NCBI RefSeq assembly: GCF_006345805.1
Contig: NW_021829597.1
Coordinates: forward strand, 1 to 32,206
Length of the DNA stretch: 32,206 nt
DNA from: Octopus sinensis
Lineage: Eukaryota
Reading direction: 5' to 3'
Part shown: positions 1-11,413 of the stretch, one piece after another
Layout: each line of letters opens with the position of its first letter
Numbering within the stretch: the stretch's first letter is position 1
Notes under the pieces: model-generated
What the model was told of the DNA's origin: nothing
The model's database searches: none
The model's input: the letters and a program-made list of their open reading frames with translations, nothing else
Made by a program: the position numbers and the translations under genes

Positions 1-696
1 TCATAGCAAAATATGAAGTTTGGACTTTTCTAAATTTCTGCCATTTTTTTTTCCTTTCTCTTATCAAAAATATAACGAAATAGTTTTTTATTGTTTTTTT
101 AATCTCTTCTTGTTTCTTTTTCTGTTTTTCTTTTCGTTTTTTATTCCTGTTGTTCTTGTTCTTTTTTAATTCATTTTAATTTTATTCATCTTATTCATTT
201 TTTTCTTTCTTTATTCGACTTCTTCCCCGTTCTTCCATGCTTTTCTTCATCTTCTTCACCTTGTTTAGTCTGTCTTCTTCTCCTTCATCTTCTTTTCTTT
301 CATCTCTCTTCTTTTTGACTCTTTCTTGTCCTCTTCCTTTTCGTTTTTTTCATTCTCGTCTTCTCCCTTCTTCCTCTCCATTATCACAACCTTCATCATC
401 ATCATCTTTCCATTATTCTCTTTCTTTGTTTTTTTTATGTACCTTCTTCTTTATTATTTTTCCTCTTTTTTATCTTCAACTCTGTTTTTCTTCTCCTCCT
501 CCTCCTCCTCCTTCACCTTCGTTTGCTTTTCGTCTTCTTCCTTCATTCTTCTTCTTTTTGGATCCTTGTCCACTTCATTCTCCTTCTTTGTCTTTCTCAT
601 CTTCGACTCCATCATCATTATCAATATCATCATCATCTTTCCATCGTTCTTTGTCTCCTGTTTTCTTCCTCTTCTTCTTCCTCTTCTTCTTCCTCT

Positions 697-728
<32 letters not shown>

Positions 729-975
729 TTCCCCTTCTTCTACTTCTTTTTCTTCTTCCCCTTCTTCTTCTTCTTCTTCTTCTTCTTCCACACATTCTTC
801 CACACACATCCTATTAAAAAACCTCCCCCTCTTCCTTCGCTTCTTTACTTCAATAATACATTTCCCTCTTTCATTATCTCTCCTCCACCCTTTACTCACT
901 CTCCCTATTTGTAATTTCACTTCTCTCTCCGTCTCTCGCTTTCTATCTCTCTTTTTCATCGTCTCTCTATTACAC

Positions 976-1047
<72 letters not shown>

Positions 1048-1410
1048 TTCGCACGCTCTCTCTCTTTCTCTCTCTCTCTACATCTCACCTTCTCCTGCTC
1101 TCACCGTGCACCCGTATCTCTCTATCTCTCTCCCCATTTTCTCTCTCTTTCTCTCTCGCTCTGTATCCCTCTACCTCCTTCGTTAACTTTTTATCTATCC
1201 TCGTACCTAACAGTTCTTCTCTCTCTTTTTCCCCTTCTCTCTCTCTTTTTCCCCCTCTCTCTCTCTTTTTCCCCTTCTCTCTCTCTTTAACATTTTTATC
1301 TCTATCATCGTATCTGTCTATCTTCATCTCTTTTTCTCTAACTCGCTCTGTTTCTCACCCTCTTTCTTTCTCACTCTGTTTTTCACTCTCTCTCTCTCAC
1401 TCATTCAGTA

Positions 1411-1451
<41 letters not shown>

Positions 1452-1745
1452 CACACAGGTTTTCTTTATCTCTATCACCGTGTCTGTCTATTACACTTCC
1501 GTCTCTCTTTCTCCCTCTAACTCTCGCACCCTCTCTATCTCTCTTTCTCACACATTCTCTCTCTCTCTCTCTAAATCTATCTACCTTTCACCCTCACCAT
1601 CTTTTTCTAACACTCTTTACTATTTTCCTTTCTTTATCTCCCTTTCTAGGCCTGCTCTATTCACAATCTTTGTCCTTCTTCACTGTTCTATAACCATTTC
1701 TTCCCCACTCTCTCTGTCTCTCTTTCTTTCTCTCTCCTTCCGCAC
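1..1745. repeat. Polypyrimidine low-complexity tract: (CTT)n, (CT)n, (CAT)n
   Basis: Almost purine-free plus strand; near-perfect (CTT)n at about 660-790 and (CT)n at about 975-1080. Explains the F/S/L-rich and R/E-rich ORFs. Confidence 0.95.
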
Positions 1746-1909
1746 ACATACACATCCGTCCCCAGCATTTCAAATTAAATTATTCACTCAAAATCAATTT
1801 GCTACGACCATTTGGAATGCAGTGAAGACATTCTTGAATATCTGTTATTGCGTTAAAAGCATTGTATGTGCTCGGCACACCGTGTGACATAATTAGGGCC
1901 CGAACATAC

Positions 1910-2271
1910 ACCTACACACACGCATACGTATATATATACACACACATATATATACATATATATATACACATGCATATATATATATACATATATATACATG
2001 CATATATACATGCATATATATATACATCCATATATATACATGCTATATATATATACACACACATATATATACATGCATATATATATATATATATATATAC
2101 ATATATGTAATATATATATATAATATATTATATATATATATATACATATGTATGTATATGTATATATATATATATATATATAAGGATAATATAATATATT
2201 CTGGTATTTATATATGTATATGTATATATTATATATATATATATATATGATGAATATGTGTGCATTTAATA

Positions 2272-2309
<38 letters not shown>

Positions 2310-2337
2310 TACACACGCACCACACAAATGTGTATAC

Positions 2338-2375
<38 letters not shown>

Positions 2376-2430
2376 ACATACACAATACAAAAAATAAACA
2401 TAAATATATATACATATATATAATGCCCGT
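1910..2430. repeat. (TA)n/(TACA)n compound microsatellite
   Basis: Direct reading. Similar tracts at about 3060-3280, 7840-8190, 11005-11410, 12095-12470, 21415-21910, 22670-23345, 24040-24295, 26740-27480 and 28510-28750. Confidence 0.95.
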
Positions 2431-2856
2431 CATATATACACATGTGTGAGTGCATACGTACATATTATTTAACTTACATATTGACACACATACACTCATA
2501 TGTGTGTGCGAGAGAGAGAGAGATAGAGAGAGAGAAAGAGAGAAACAGACACAGAGAGACAAGGTGTGTACGTGTGGTTTGTGTGTGTTGGGGGGGGGGG
2601 GGTGTAATGCACAGAAGACCAATTCTATGCAGTCAAATGAACGAGCAAAATTCACACATTCAAACATACAGCCATATAATTATAAAACTATACAACAATT
2701 CTGCTTACACACTTACACACACGCGTACAAGCGCAAAAACTATAGAGGTTGTGTATTCGTATGCCCCCCACATGCACGTACAGACGCAAACACATACAAA
2801 TACATGCGCATTCCTATACACACTCTCATTGATATAGCATATTTAATGTTATGTAC

Positions 2857-2898
<42 letters not shown>

Positions 2899-2901
<3 letters not shown>

Positions 2902-3058
2902 GTATTTCGTCTGCCATTGCGTTCTGAGTTCAAATTCCGCCGAGGTTGACTTTGCCTTCCATCATTTCGGGGTCGTAAATAAAGTACAAGATTCGCACGT
3001 CGTGTATCGGCTATGTCCTTGTTTCCCCGCTGTGTTTAGCCCCTGTGGGCACTATAAG
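2899..3058 (+). mobile_element. SINE family C (OR2/MetaSINE-like), 5'-truncated
   Basis: B-box GAGTTCAAATTCC followed by GCCGAGGTTGACTTTGCCTTCCATCATTTCGGGGTCG..AAATAAAGTAC; aligns with the minus-strand copy at 13030-13247. Family name is from memory. Confidence 0.8.
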
Positions 3059-3077
3059 CTATATTATAGATATATCG

Positions 3078-3112
<35 letters not shown>

Positions 3113-3200
3113 AGTATATGGGGTATGATGTATATATGGCTTATATATATATTGTATATGTCATATGTTTGTCATATATATATATATATATCCTATATGG

Positions 3201-3237
<37 letters not shown>

Positions 3238-3284
3238 GTATAATATAGTATATATATATATATAGATATATATCTATTATATGC

Positions 3285-3665
3285 TCTTTATCTTTTACTT
3301 GTTCAGTCATTTCACTGCAATCATGCTGGAGCACCGCCTTTAGTCGAGCAAATTGACCCCAGGACTAATTCTATCGGTCTCTTTTCCCGAACCGCTAGGT
3401 TACGGGGACGTAAATACACCAGCATCGGTTGTCAAGCAATGATGGGGGGACAAACACAGACACACAAACATAAACACACACATACATATATACTTATATA
3501 TATACGACAGGCTTCTTTCAGTTTCCGTCTAGCAAATCCACTCACAATGCTTTGGTCGGCTGCCAGAGGCTATAGTAGAAGACACCCAAGGTACCACGCA
3601 GTGGGACTGAACTCAGAGCCATATGGTTGGTAAGCAAGCTACTTACCACACAGCTACTCATGCGC
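3285..3665 (-). mobile_element. tRNA-derived SINE family A, near full length
   Basis: Minus strand starts GCGCATGAGTAGCTGTGTGGTAAG (A-box like), then GAGTTCAGTCCC (B-box like), an internal (TA)/(TG) microsatellite and tail ..GGCGGTGCTCCAGCATG..TGACTGAACAAGTAAAAGA. Four further copies in the window. Confidence 0.9.
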
Positions 3666-3920
3666 GCATATACATAATATACATATGTATGTACGTAGTA
3701 TAAACTTTCATACATATATACACATGCAGTGTGTGTGTGTATCTGTTTTGTTTAGAGTTAATACTGATTGGCCATTTCTTGGTAGCAAGGTTGTAAATGA
3801 AAGCATCCTGACATATTTTGTTCATCATCCTTTAAATCTTAAGAAAGTGTTGCAGATTTTTATTGTCCCACATATCGTGGTCATTCGGAGTTTCATTTCT
3901 TCCGCAAGAACCCAAGTATC

Positions 3921-4144
3921 TATGCATACAAGCCTTCCCTCTCCACGCCACCAACGTTGTCCAAGGGAAAAGTAAAGGCCGAAAAGGCTTGGCACCAGTG
4001 GCGTGGTAACTCACTTCTGCAGCTGGACTGGACCAGCGTGAAATGAGTGTCTTGCTCAAGAACACAATACACACCCGGTCCGGGAATCGGACTTACTACC
4101 TCATGATTTTGAGCCTGACACTCTAGCCACTGGGCCATGCGCCT
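3921..4144 (-). mobile_element. tRNA-derived SINE family B, 3'-truncated
   Basis: Minus strand AGGCGCATGGCCCAGTGGCTAG..AGTCCGATTCCCGGACCGG..GTGTTCTTGAGCAAGACACT; aligns with 13810-14150. Confidence 0.85.
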
Positions 4145-4374
4145 TATACATAATATGAATCCTTATTAAAAGCGTGTTGTAAACTTGTGGGGAATATGTA
4201 GTCGTTTCCCCAATATATTCAATATATAGCAATTAGCCATTAAATTTGCTAATTATGATTTGGTGTAATACATTTTGTGTCCAGCGTAATGAGATTTTTT
4301 ATATTCATCTCTTAGAAAGCATTTGCACTGGGTATGGTGAGATTTGAAATAATCAGTTACCTGTTTATTCTTGA

Positions 4375-4907
4375 CTAGCAGTATCGCCCGGCGTTGCTCG
4401 GGTTTATAAGGGAAATAACTATATAAGCATTTTTAGAGAGTTATAGAAAAAAAAATGCATTAAAAATGGAAAAAAAAATTATGGTAATTTTTTTTTTAAA
4501 TCGTTGACTCAGTGTCTTCAAGCCATGAAGTCGGTGTTCTAAAAGAACGCTGGTCTCCTTGACAACGCTTTACGACGTTGATATCCTTACACTCCCTTCC
4601 CCACAGCTTCACGAGGGAGGGAAGAAGGGGAAGAAGCAAACAGGTGCAGGTGTGACCATGGACGCCAACTCCGCCGCCATCGACACACGAAAAATTATGC
4701 ATTAAAATGGAATAAAAAATTATGTTAAATTATTTTTAAAATCGTAGACTCATCGTAGACGCGCGCTAATACTCAGACGGGCTCGATATTAATCACGACT
4801 ATGAGATACCCGAATTTGGTTAAACTGCACCGCAAAATGTGGGAATAGTTAGGAATCTAAATCGAAGGGGACAGACACTCACACAACTAGAGTTTTATAT
4901 ATATAGA
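4375..4907 (-). mobile_element. Non-autonomous Helitron, complete
   Basis: Minus strand begins TC(TATATATATAAAA) at 4907 and ends CTAG at 4378-4375. A GC-rich hairpin CCCGAGCAACGCCGGG (4402-4387) lies 12 nt from the 3' end. Inserted between A and T with no target duplication, matching canonical Helitron termini. Confidence 0.88.
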
Positions 4908-4920
4908 TATGTTTTGGCAG

Positions 4921-5075
4921 ATTCGAACACAAATATGCTAGTTGCTTTTGTGTACGTCACAAGAGAACTCCTCCAATTTACGACGATAATGTATTTATGA
5001 CACTCAACGGATCCTGGGACCACGGTGTCTCGTTCTTCCTCCTCAGCCAGAAACACCCAAACCTTCATCTAATTG
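4921..5075 (+). CDS. Candidate internal coding exon (155 nt) of an unidentified gene
   Basis: Acceptor GTTTTGGCAG| at 4911-4920 and donor TTG|GTAAGT at 5076. One frame is open throughout (FEHKYASCFCVRHKRTPPIYDDNVFMTLNGSWDHGVSFFLLSQKHPNLHLI); the other two have stops. Non-repetitive sequence. Protein not recognised and no partner exon found. Confidence 0.35.
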
Positions 5076-5257
5076 GTAAGTACACATCTTGGTTCATATA
5101 ACACGCTTTGTATGTGATTTTTTCTGTCATTTGTAAATCGCATGAAAAGATGTGCTGTATTTTGTATATCTGCTTCGTTGTATTTTTCACTGAAGTGTTT
5201 TATTGTTTGTTCTGTTAATTACTATACATATTGATAATTAGCGCTTTTTATGTCTTG

Positions 5258-5768
5258 TTAATTTCTGTATCTGATTCAACAGACCTATGTTTGTGCTAAG
5301 GATATCCTAGTCATAACCATCGTATAGGTTTCTAAACATAATGTAACAGTATCTGCATTTGAGAATGAGTTCTTCATGAGGAATTTTGTAAATCAGCGAA
5401 AGACAAGCGGCAATTATTTCTAACAAAGTTTGTTTTATTTTGTGAATTTCTTTATCTAATTCAACTGATTAATGTCTGATCAAGGATATTCTAACCATAA
5501 CTATCGAATAGGGTTCTAAACAGAGTATAACTTGATCTACATTTAAAAATGTTTCCTTGTCTGTGAATTTTGTAAATCAGCGAAAGACATGTGGCAATTA
5601 TTTCTAACAAAGGTTTGTTATATTTTGTGAATTTCTTTATCTGATTCAACCGAATAATGTCTGATTAAGGATATTCTAACCATAATCATCGAATAGGGTT
5701 CTAAACAGAGTATAACAAAACCTACTTTTTCGAATGAATCCTCTTCTAGGAATTGTGTAAATCCGATA
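5258..5768. repeat. Tandem repeat, 185-bp period, about 2.7 copies
   Basis: TCTRATTCAAC recurs at 5270, 5455 and 5640. AAGGATATYCTA..CATAA..ATCG.ATAGG.TTCTAAACA and GAATT.TGTAAATC recur in register. Confidence 0.9.
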
Positions 5769-6062
5769 GAGTGCAATCAGAGAGTCTTGGCTTTTTTATA
5801 CCGAACAATTTCATACAGGCTTCTTCATTACATTATCTCAATCATCGATTTTGCTTTAGCCTTAAATATATATCCATTGTCTAAGACCAATGAGCCTAAA
5901 CCATTTTTTTTTTCTATTTCTGGACCCCTTTGATTCCATATTTTCTACAGGTGGCTCCTCCAGGCCATTTGATGTTTAAAACATCCTATTGTATTTTTAT
6001 CATTAAATATTATAAGGAATTGTATACAAAAAAAAATCTGTTAAAATATTTGCACTCTACGC

Positions 6063-6198
6063 TCCAATTCCACTGAGGTCGACGTTGCATTTTATCCTTT
6101 CAGGATCGATAAAATAAGTACAAGTCAATCCCTCAGATCGATGTAATCGATTAGCCCGTCTTCCCAAAATTGCTGGCCTTGTGCCAAAATTTGACAGC
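6063..6198 (+). mobile_element. SINE family C, diverged 3' portion
   Basis: GAGGTCGACGTTGCATTTTATCCTTTCAGGATCGATAAAATAAGTAC..GATCGATGTAATCGATT..GGCCTTGTGCCAAAATTTG. Confidence 0.75.
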
Positions 6199-6319
6199 AT
6201 TATCTTTATTACTTTCGACACCATTATCAATAGCACACGCATACATACACATTTATACACATACGTACACTCGCGCACGCACACCCACATAGACAAATGC
6301 GCATGCGTGCACACACTTG

Positions 6320-6353
<34 letters not shown>

Positions 6354-6365
6354 CATATATATATG

Positions 6366-6402
<37 letters not shown>

Positions 6403-6406
<4 letters not shown>

Positions 6407-7447
6407 AAATACAAAATGGGACAAGAACGCAAAACATCCGGACAACCAGGTGATACGAAAAGGGACAACAAAACACCCAGATAGACGATACAAAAAAACA
6501 AGGACGGAAAAACAGACGATGAAATAATAATAATAATAATAACAGGACATAACAACAGGCGTCTTTCGACTGGGGGCGAATTTTTTTGTGTCGTCTCTTT
6601 GTGTGTTTTTGCGTTCTTGTCCCATTTTGTAATTTATATTCAATTTCTATACATATATTATTGCGGCGTAACGTTCTCTATCTCCAATGTATGCACATTC
6701 CACTTGTAACGACTTCGTTCACACACTTTCTCTATAGTCTGTGTCTTTCTCTTTCCTTGCCTCTGATTCTTCCCCCACTCTCTCTCATTTCTCCGTCTTT
6801 CTTACTTTGCACCATTATTTCTATTGCTAAGCCAATCCTTGGCACGCTGTTTCTTCTCCCCTTTTTAATTCCTACCTTCTCTCTCTCTCCCCCTTGGTGC
6901 CTTTGTCCCTTTCTTTCTCTCTCTCTCTCTCTCTCTCTATTTGATTCCTTGTCCCCTGCTTTCTTTCTCTCTCTTCTGTCCTCTCACGTGACTGCCGCTC
7001 AAACTGGTCTTTTCGGCTTGACCGCTGCCATGTTAACACTGTTGTCTTCGTTTGCCGCAAAGGCATTTTTTCAAAATACGCCAGCCAAGATAAGTTAAAA
7101 TTGTCTGAAGTCGTAAGACACCCGCTGTTTTGTCCTGTTATTATTATTCTTGTTTTTTATTTCTATTTTTTGTTTCTTGTATTTATATTCGTGTGGCATT
7201 CTGTCCTTGTTTCGTATACATTCGATCCTTTTTCCAAGAAATCTAATGCTCGTAGCTTAGTTTTTCTTTGGGGCTGGCCGTATCGGAGCGATATCAGGAT
7301 TAATCAGCCGAAATTGCTAAGATGATCCGGTTCCTGACTGAAGATTACAGGCTTCGAATGACCCGTCTGTTTTTGTTTTGTGTCGCCCCTTTGTGTGTTT
7401 TTGCGTTCTTGTTCCATTTTGTAATTTATATTTAATTTCTATACATA
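6403..7447 (+). mobile_element. Non-coding element with direct and inverted terminal segments (Penelope-like architecture)
   Basis: About 70 bp TTTTGTGTCG..GCGTTCTTGT.CCATTTTGTAATTTATATT.AATTTCTATACATA is directly repeated at 6581-6655 and 7376-7447. 6403-6575 is an internally deleted inverted copy matching about 7400-7430 and 7108-7148. Confidence 0.6.
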
Positions 7448-7455
7448 ATATACAT

Positions 7456-7501
<46 letters not shown>

Positions 7502-7998
7502 TATACCATAACATTAATACCAGTGAGCATATGTGTATTTTATTGTATGTCCGCTCATGCGCGCGCGTGTCTTCAAATTGCGAAGTAATAGTTCCTCTCA
7601 TTTGGCAATCAAACTAATAAAACCGAACTACGATAGATTTTTCCCTTCCAGACTTGTGTTAAACCTGCTGAGAAACAATTTCCCTTTTCCTATTCGAATC
7701 TTGCACAGGTGCAAAGACATACGGCGCGTCAGCATGTGGCTGTTGGATGGAAGCACACACACACACATTACTCTATGAACAGGTATCGAGTTGTTTACGC
7801 GTGCATCTTGCTAAGCAAATTTCGACAAGCATAGGCGTATGTGTATATGTATGTATATTTATAAAGACGTATGTGTGTATGTATGTAAATGTGTGTGTGT
7901 GTATATACATATATATATATATATTATATATATATATATGCATGTATATTTATATACGTGTATGTGTATGTATGTATGTATATTTATATACGCGTATG

Positions 7999-8031
<33 letters not shown>

Positions 8032-8199
8032 CATACGCGTAATATATATATATATATATATATATACGCACACAATATATGGATATTTATATACACGTAT
8101 GTGTATTTGTGTGTATACATATATATATATATATATACAGACATAATATATATATATATAATATATATATATATTATATATATATATATACGAGCAAAA

Positions 8200-8590
8200 C
8201 ACATGTATGTACGATGGACGGTGGTGAGTTGTCAACTTTTAAACCGAATTTTCTCAAAACAACTTGTCCGACCGTCCAATTTGGTGGCATTATTTCAAGC
8301 CAGCCGGCTTTTTTTTAGCAAACTACACGTGCATTTTTCCCGCGAAAGCGTAGTGTTGATCGCAACAGCTGAAGTACTTGCGCGTGCAAATGCGCGTTCC
8401 CACGGCTTTATCGATCGCATTCTCACCTGGAATCGATTTTTGTAATTTTTTTAAGACTTATACACCCTCTGATACCGTCGGTATCTACATATCAAATTTG
8501 AGCGCAATCGGATGGAGGATGCCCGAGAATCTAAAAGACACACACACATAGAGAGACAGAACGGATTTTATATTTTGTATATATATATAT
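8200..8590 (-). mobile_element. Probable Helitron-type non-autonomous fragment (5' part)
   Basis: Minus strand opens with TATATACAAAATATAAAAATCCGTTCTGTCTCTCTATGTGTG..CCGATTGCGCTCAAATTTG, the same style of 5' end as the element at 4375-4907. No 3' CTAG found. Confidence 0.45.
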
Positions 8591-8617
8591 ATATATGTAC
8601 AGAGAGAGAAAAACAGG

Positions 8618-8660
<43 letters not shown>

Positions 8661-8674
8661 TATAGAGACACACA

Positions 8675-8734
<60 letters not shown>

Positions 8735-8735
<1 letters not shown>

Positions 8736-9365
8736 CATATAAATTCCGTTCTGTCTGTCTGTCTGTGTATACATACACATATGTGTGTATGTGCGTGTGT
8801 GTGTGAGTGTACAAAAATTTAACGTATCTCAATAACTTCGACATCTTTTATCCGATTTCTTTAAAATTTTATACGCAGCTTCATTTCCCAAACCTGAACA
8901 TGTGCTTTTTAAAATCGATATTTGGGCCCCTAGAGCGATGGGAAACCAACAATAAATGATTCCTATTCATTTGCATTAATCAGCTGTTTTATAATATGTA
9001 GGGTCTTCCATACTTTTTAAAATCTTTTTATAAAGTGAAAGGATTTTGTCTATCTATTTCCACTGTCCATCAGCGACGGGGATTAAAAATCTTGGATCAC
9101 TGAACGCATACAGTTCCACAATTCTCAACCGATTTCCACCAAACTTTACACACACCCATTACTTAAGTCCCAAGGGTGGTTTTGCACTAAACATTTAATC
9201 CTGAGCTCCCGTATAAATGGACCTATGTGGACATAATTTTTTGTATGCAGGGCCTTCCATACTTTTTTACTCTTTTTATAAAAGGGAAAGGATTTTGTCT
9301 ATTTGTTTATTTCGACTGTCCATCTGCCACGCTGATTAAATTTACTAGGAACGCTGGACGCGATG
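8735..9365 (+). mobile_element. Probable Helitron-type fragment with internal ~95-bp direct repeat
   Basis: Starts TCATATAAATTCCGTTCTGTCTGTCTG. CCGATTTC..AAA.TTTA.AC occurs twice, and 8996-9088 is repeated at 9245-9340. Confidence 0.45.
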
Positions 9366-9481
9366 AATATCCAATACCAAACACTCTTAATTGCCATATT
9401 TAAACTACATTAAACTTTGGCAAGCTCACCTTTACCTATTCTGAGTTACTTGAAAGGTAATGTCCCCTTTCCTCTCATCTG

Positions 9482-9886
9482 TTTACTCTTTTATTTGTTT
9501 CAGTCATTTGACTGCGGCCATGCTGGAGCACCGCCTTTAGGCGAGCAAATCGAGCCCGGGACTTATTCTTTGTAAGCCCAGTACTTATTCTATCGGTCTC
9601 TTTTGCCGAACCGCTAAGTTACGGGGACGTAAACACACCAGCATCGGTTGTCAAGCAATGCTAGGGGGACAAACACAGACACATAAACACACGCACATAC
9701 ATATATATATATACACACATATACGACAGGCTTCTTTCAGTTTCCGTCTACCAAATCCACTCACAAGGCATTGGTCGGCCCGGGGCTATAGCAGAAGACA
9801 CTTGCCCAAGGTGCCACGCATTGGGACTGAACCCGGAACCATGTGGTTGTTTAGCAAGCTACTTACCACACAGCCACTCCTGCGCC
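9482..9886 (-). mobile_element. SINE family A, full length
   Basis: Minus strand GGCGCAGGAGTGGCTGTGTGGTAAG..GGTTCAGTCCC..GGCACCTTGGGCAAG (CORE-like box)..tail AAATGACTGAAACAAATAAAAGAG. Confidence 0.93.
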
Positions 9887-10220
9887 TATTTGTTGATACT
9901 TTTTTTACCTTTGATACAGTTGTTTCACTTTAAGGATGCTTATTTACCCATCCATTACGACTGTTGTCCATTGTTTCAAATACGTTTTAGCATTGACATC
10001 GTTCTAGCCTTTTTTAAACAATCACATAGGATTCGCCCCCAAAGAATCAGCCTTTAAATAAGTGTCTTGCTTCCAGTAGCGATAGCTCTACGTATCCTTC
10101 AGAAAGCTCCATACCAACTCAACTTTATGCAGTATTGACTGTTAGGTTATGTGCAGGCTATGTGGGAAAACAGAATAAACGGACTTTTCTTAGCTTATCT
10201 CTCAAAAACAAATATATATA

Positions 10221-10383
10221 TGTAGGAGTGGCTGTGTGGTAAGTAGCTTCCTAACCAACCACATGGTTCCGGGTTCAGTTCCAATGCGTGGCACCTTGGG
10301 CAAGAGTCTTCTGCTATAGCCCCGGGCCGACCAATGCCTTGTGAGTGGATTTGGTAGACGGAAACTGAAAGAAGCCTGTCGAA

Positions 10384-10438
<55 letters not shown>

Positions 10439-10647
10439 TATATATATGTATGTGTGGTGTGTGTGTGTCTGTCTGTGTTTGTCCCACTAGCATTGCTTGA
10501 CAACCGATGCTGGTGTGTTTACGTCCCCGTCACTTAGCGGTTCGGCAAAAGAGACCGATAGAATAAGTACTGGGCTTACAAAGAATAAGTCTCGAGGTTG
10601 ATTTGCTCGACTAAAGGCGGTGCTCCAGCATGGCCGCAGTCAAATGA
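10221..10647 (+). mobile_element. SINE family A, full length
   Basis: TAGGAGTGGCTGTGTGGTAAG..GGTTCAGTTCC..CCTTGGGCAAG..AAATGACTGAAACAAGTAAAAGAG. Confidence 0.93.
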
Positions 10648-11085
10648 CTGAAACAAGTAAAAGAGAGTATATATAATAAATTAAATAGAGAGATACAATT
10701 GACAATCCAATAATTTATTATGTTATGATATAATATAAACAAGCATTTAAAAAACAAAAAAGCCAACATTCTGTTTTGACTTATATACATATATTTTTAC
10801 ATATTAAACGATTCAATTCTCTTATATATAAGTCACGTCGGCAAGGTGTGTAGATGTTTTACACACCCCATTGAAGGAATCCTTCTCCTTTGTTTTTTTA
10901 CCTTATATACATAATTATATATAAATTTATAATCAGGTAAAAGATAGTACCCAGCATTGCTAGAAATACCAGCCATGACGTCTTATTACTAGCAATGCTG
11001 TGTACTATATATATGTATATACATGTATATATATATGCATATATATGTATATATATATATATATGTATATATATATACGTATTAT

Positions 11086-11122
<37 letters not shown>

Positions 11123-11413
11123 ATACATACACTTTGTTTCTCTTATATGTAGTACACCTTTCATCTATATATATATAATAATACAATATATATATATATA
11201 TATCATATATATATATATATATATATAAATACTATATATATATTTATATATAAATACTATGTATATATATATAATTTACTAATATTATACTTCTATATAT
11301 ATTACATATATACTCCATATATACTATATATATAAGGTATAATCGACATATATATATGCTTATTATGTATAGTCATATATTGATATATATTATATATATA
11401 ATACAATATATCT

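Noticed and set aside
237-3265. Long ORFs of 130-271 aa
   Set aside because: Translations of (CTT)n, (CT)n and (TA)n; stop codons are absent only because of low complexity.
5905-6055. Acceptor-like TTTTCTACAG|G at about 5950
   Set aside because: No donor nearby, and the downstream AT-rich sequence looks like a transposon remnant.
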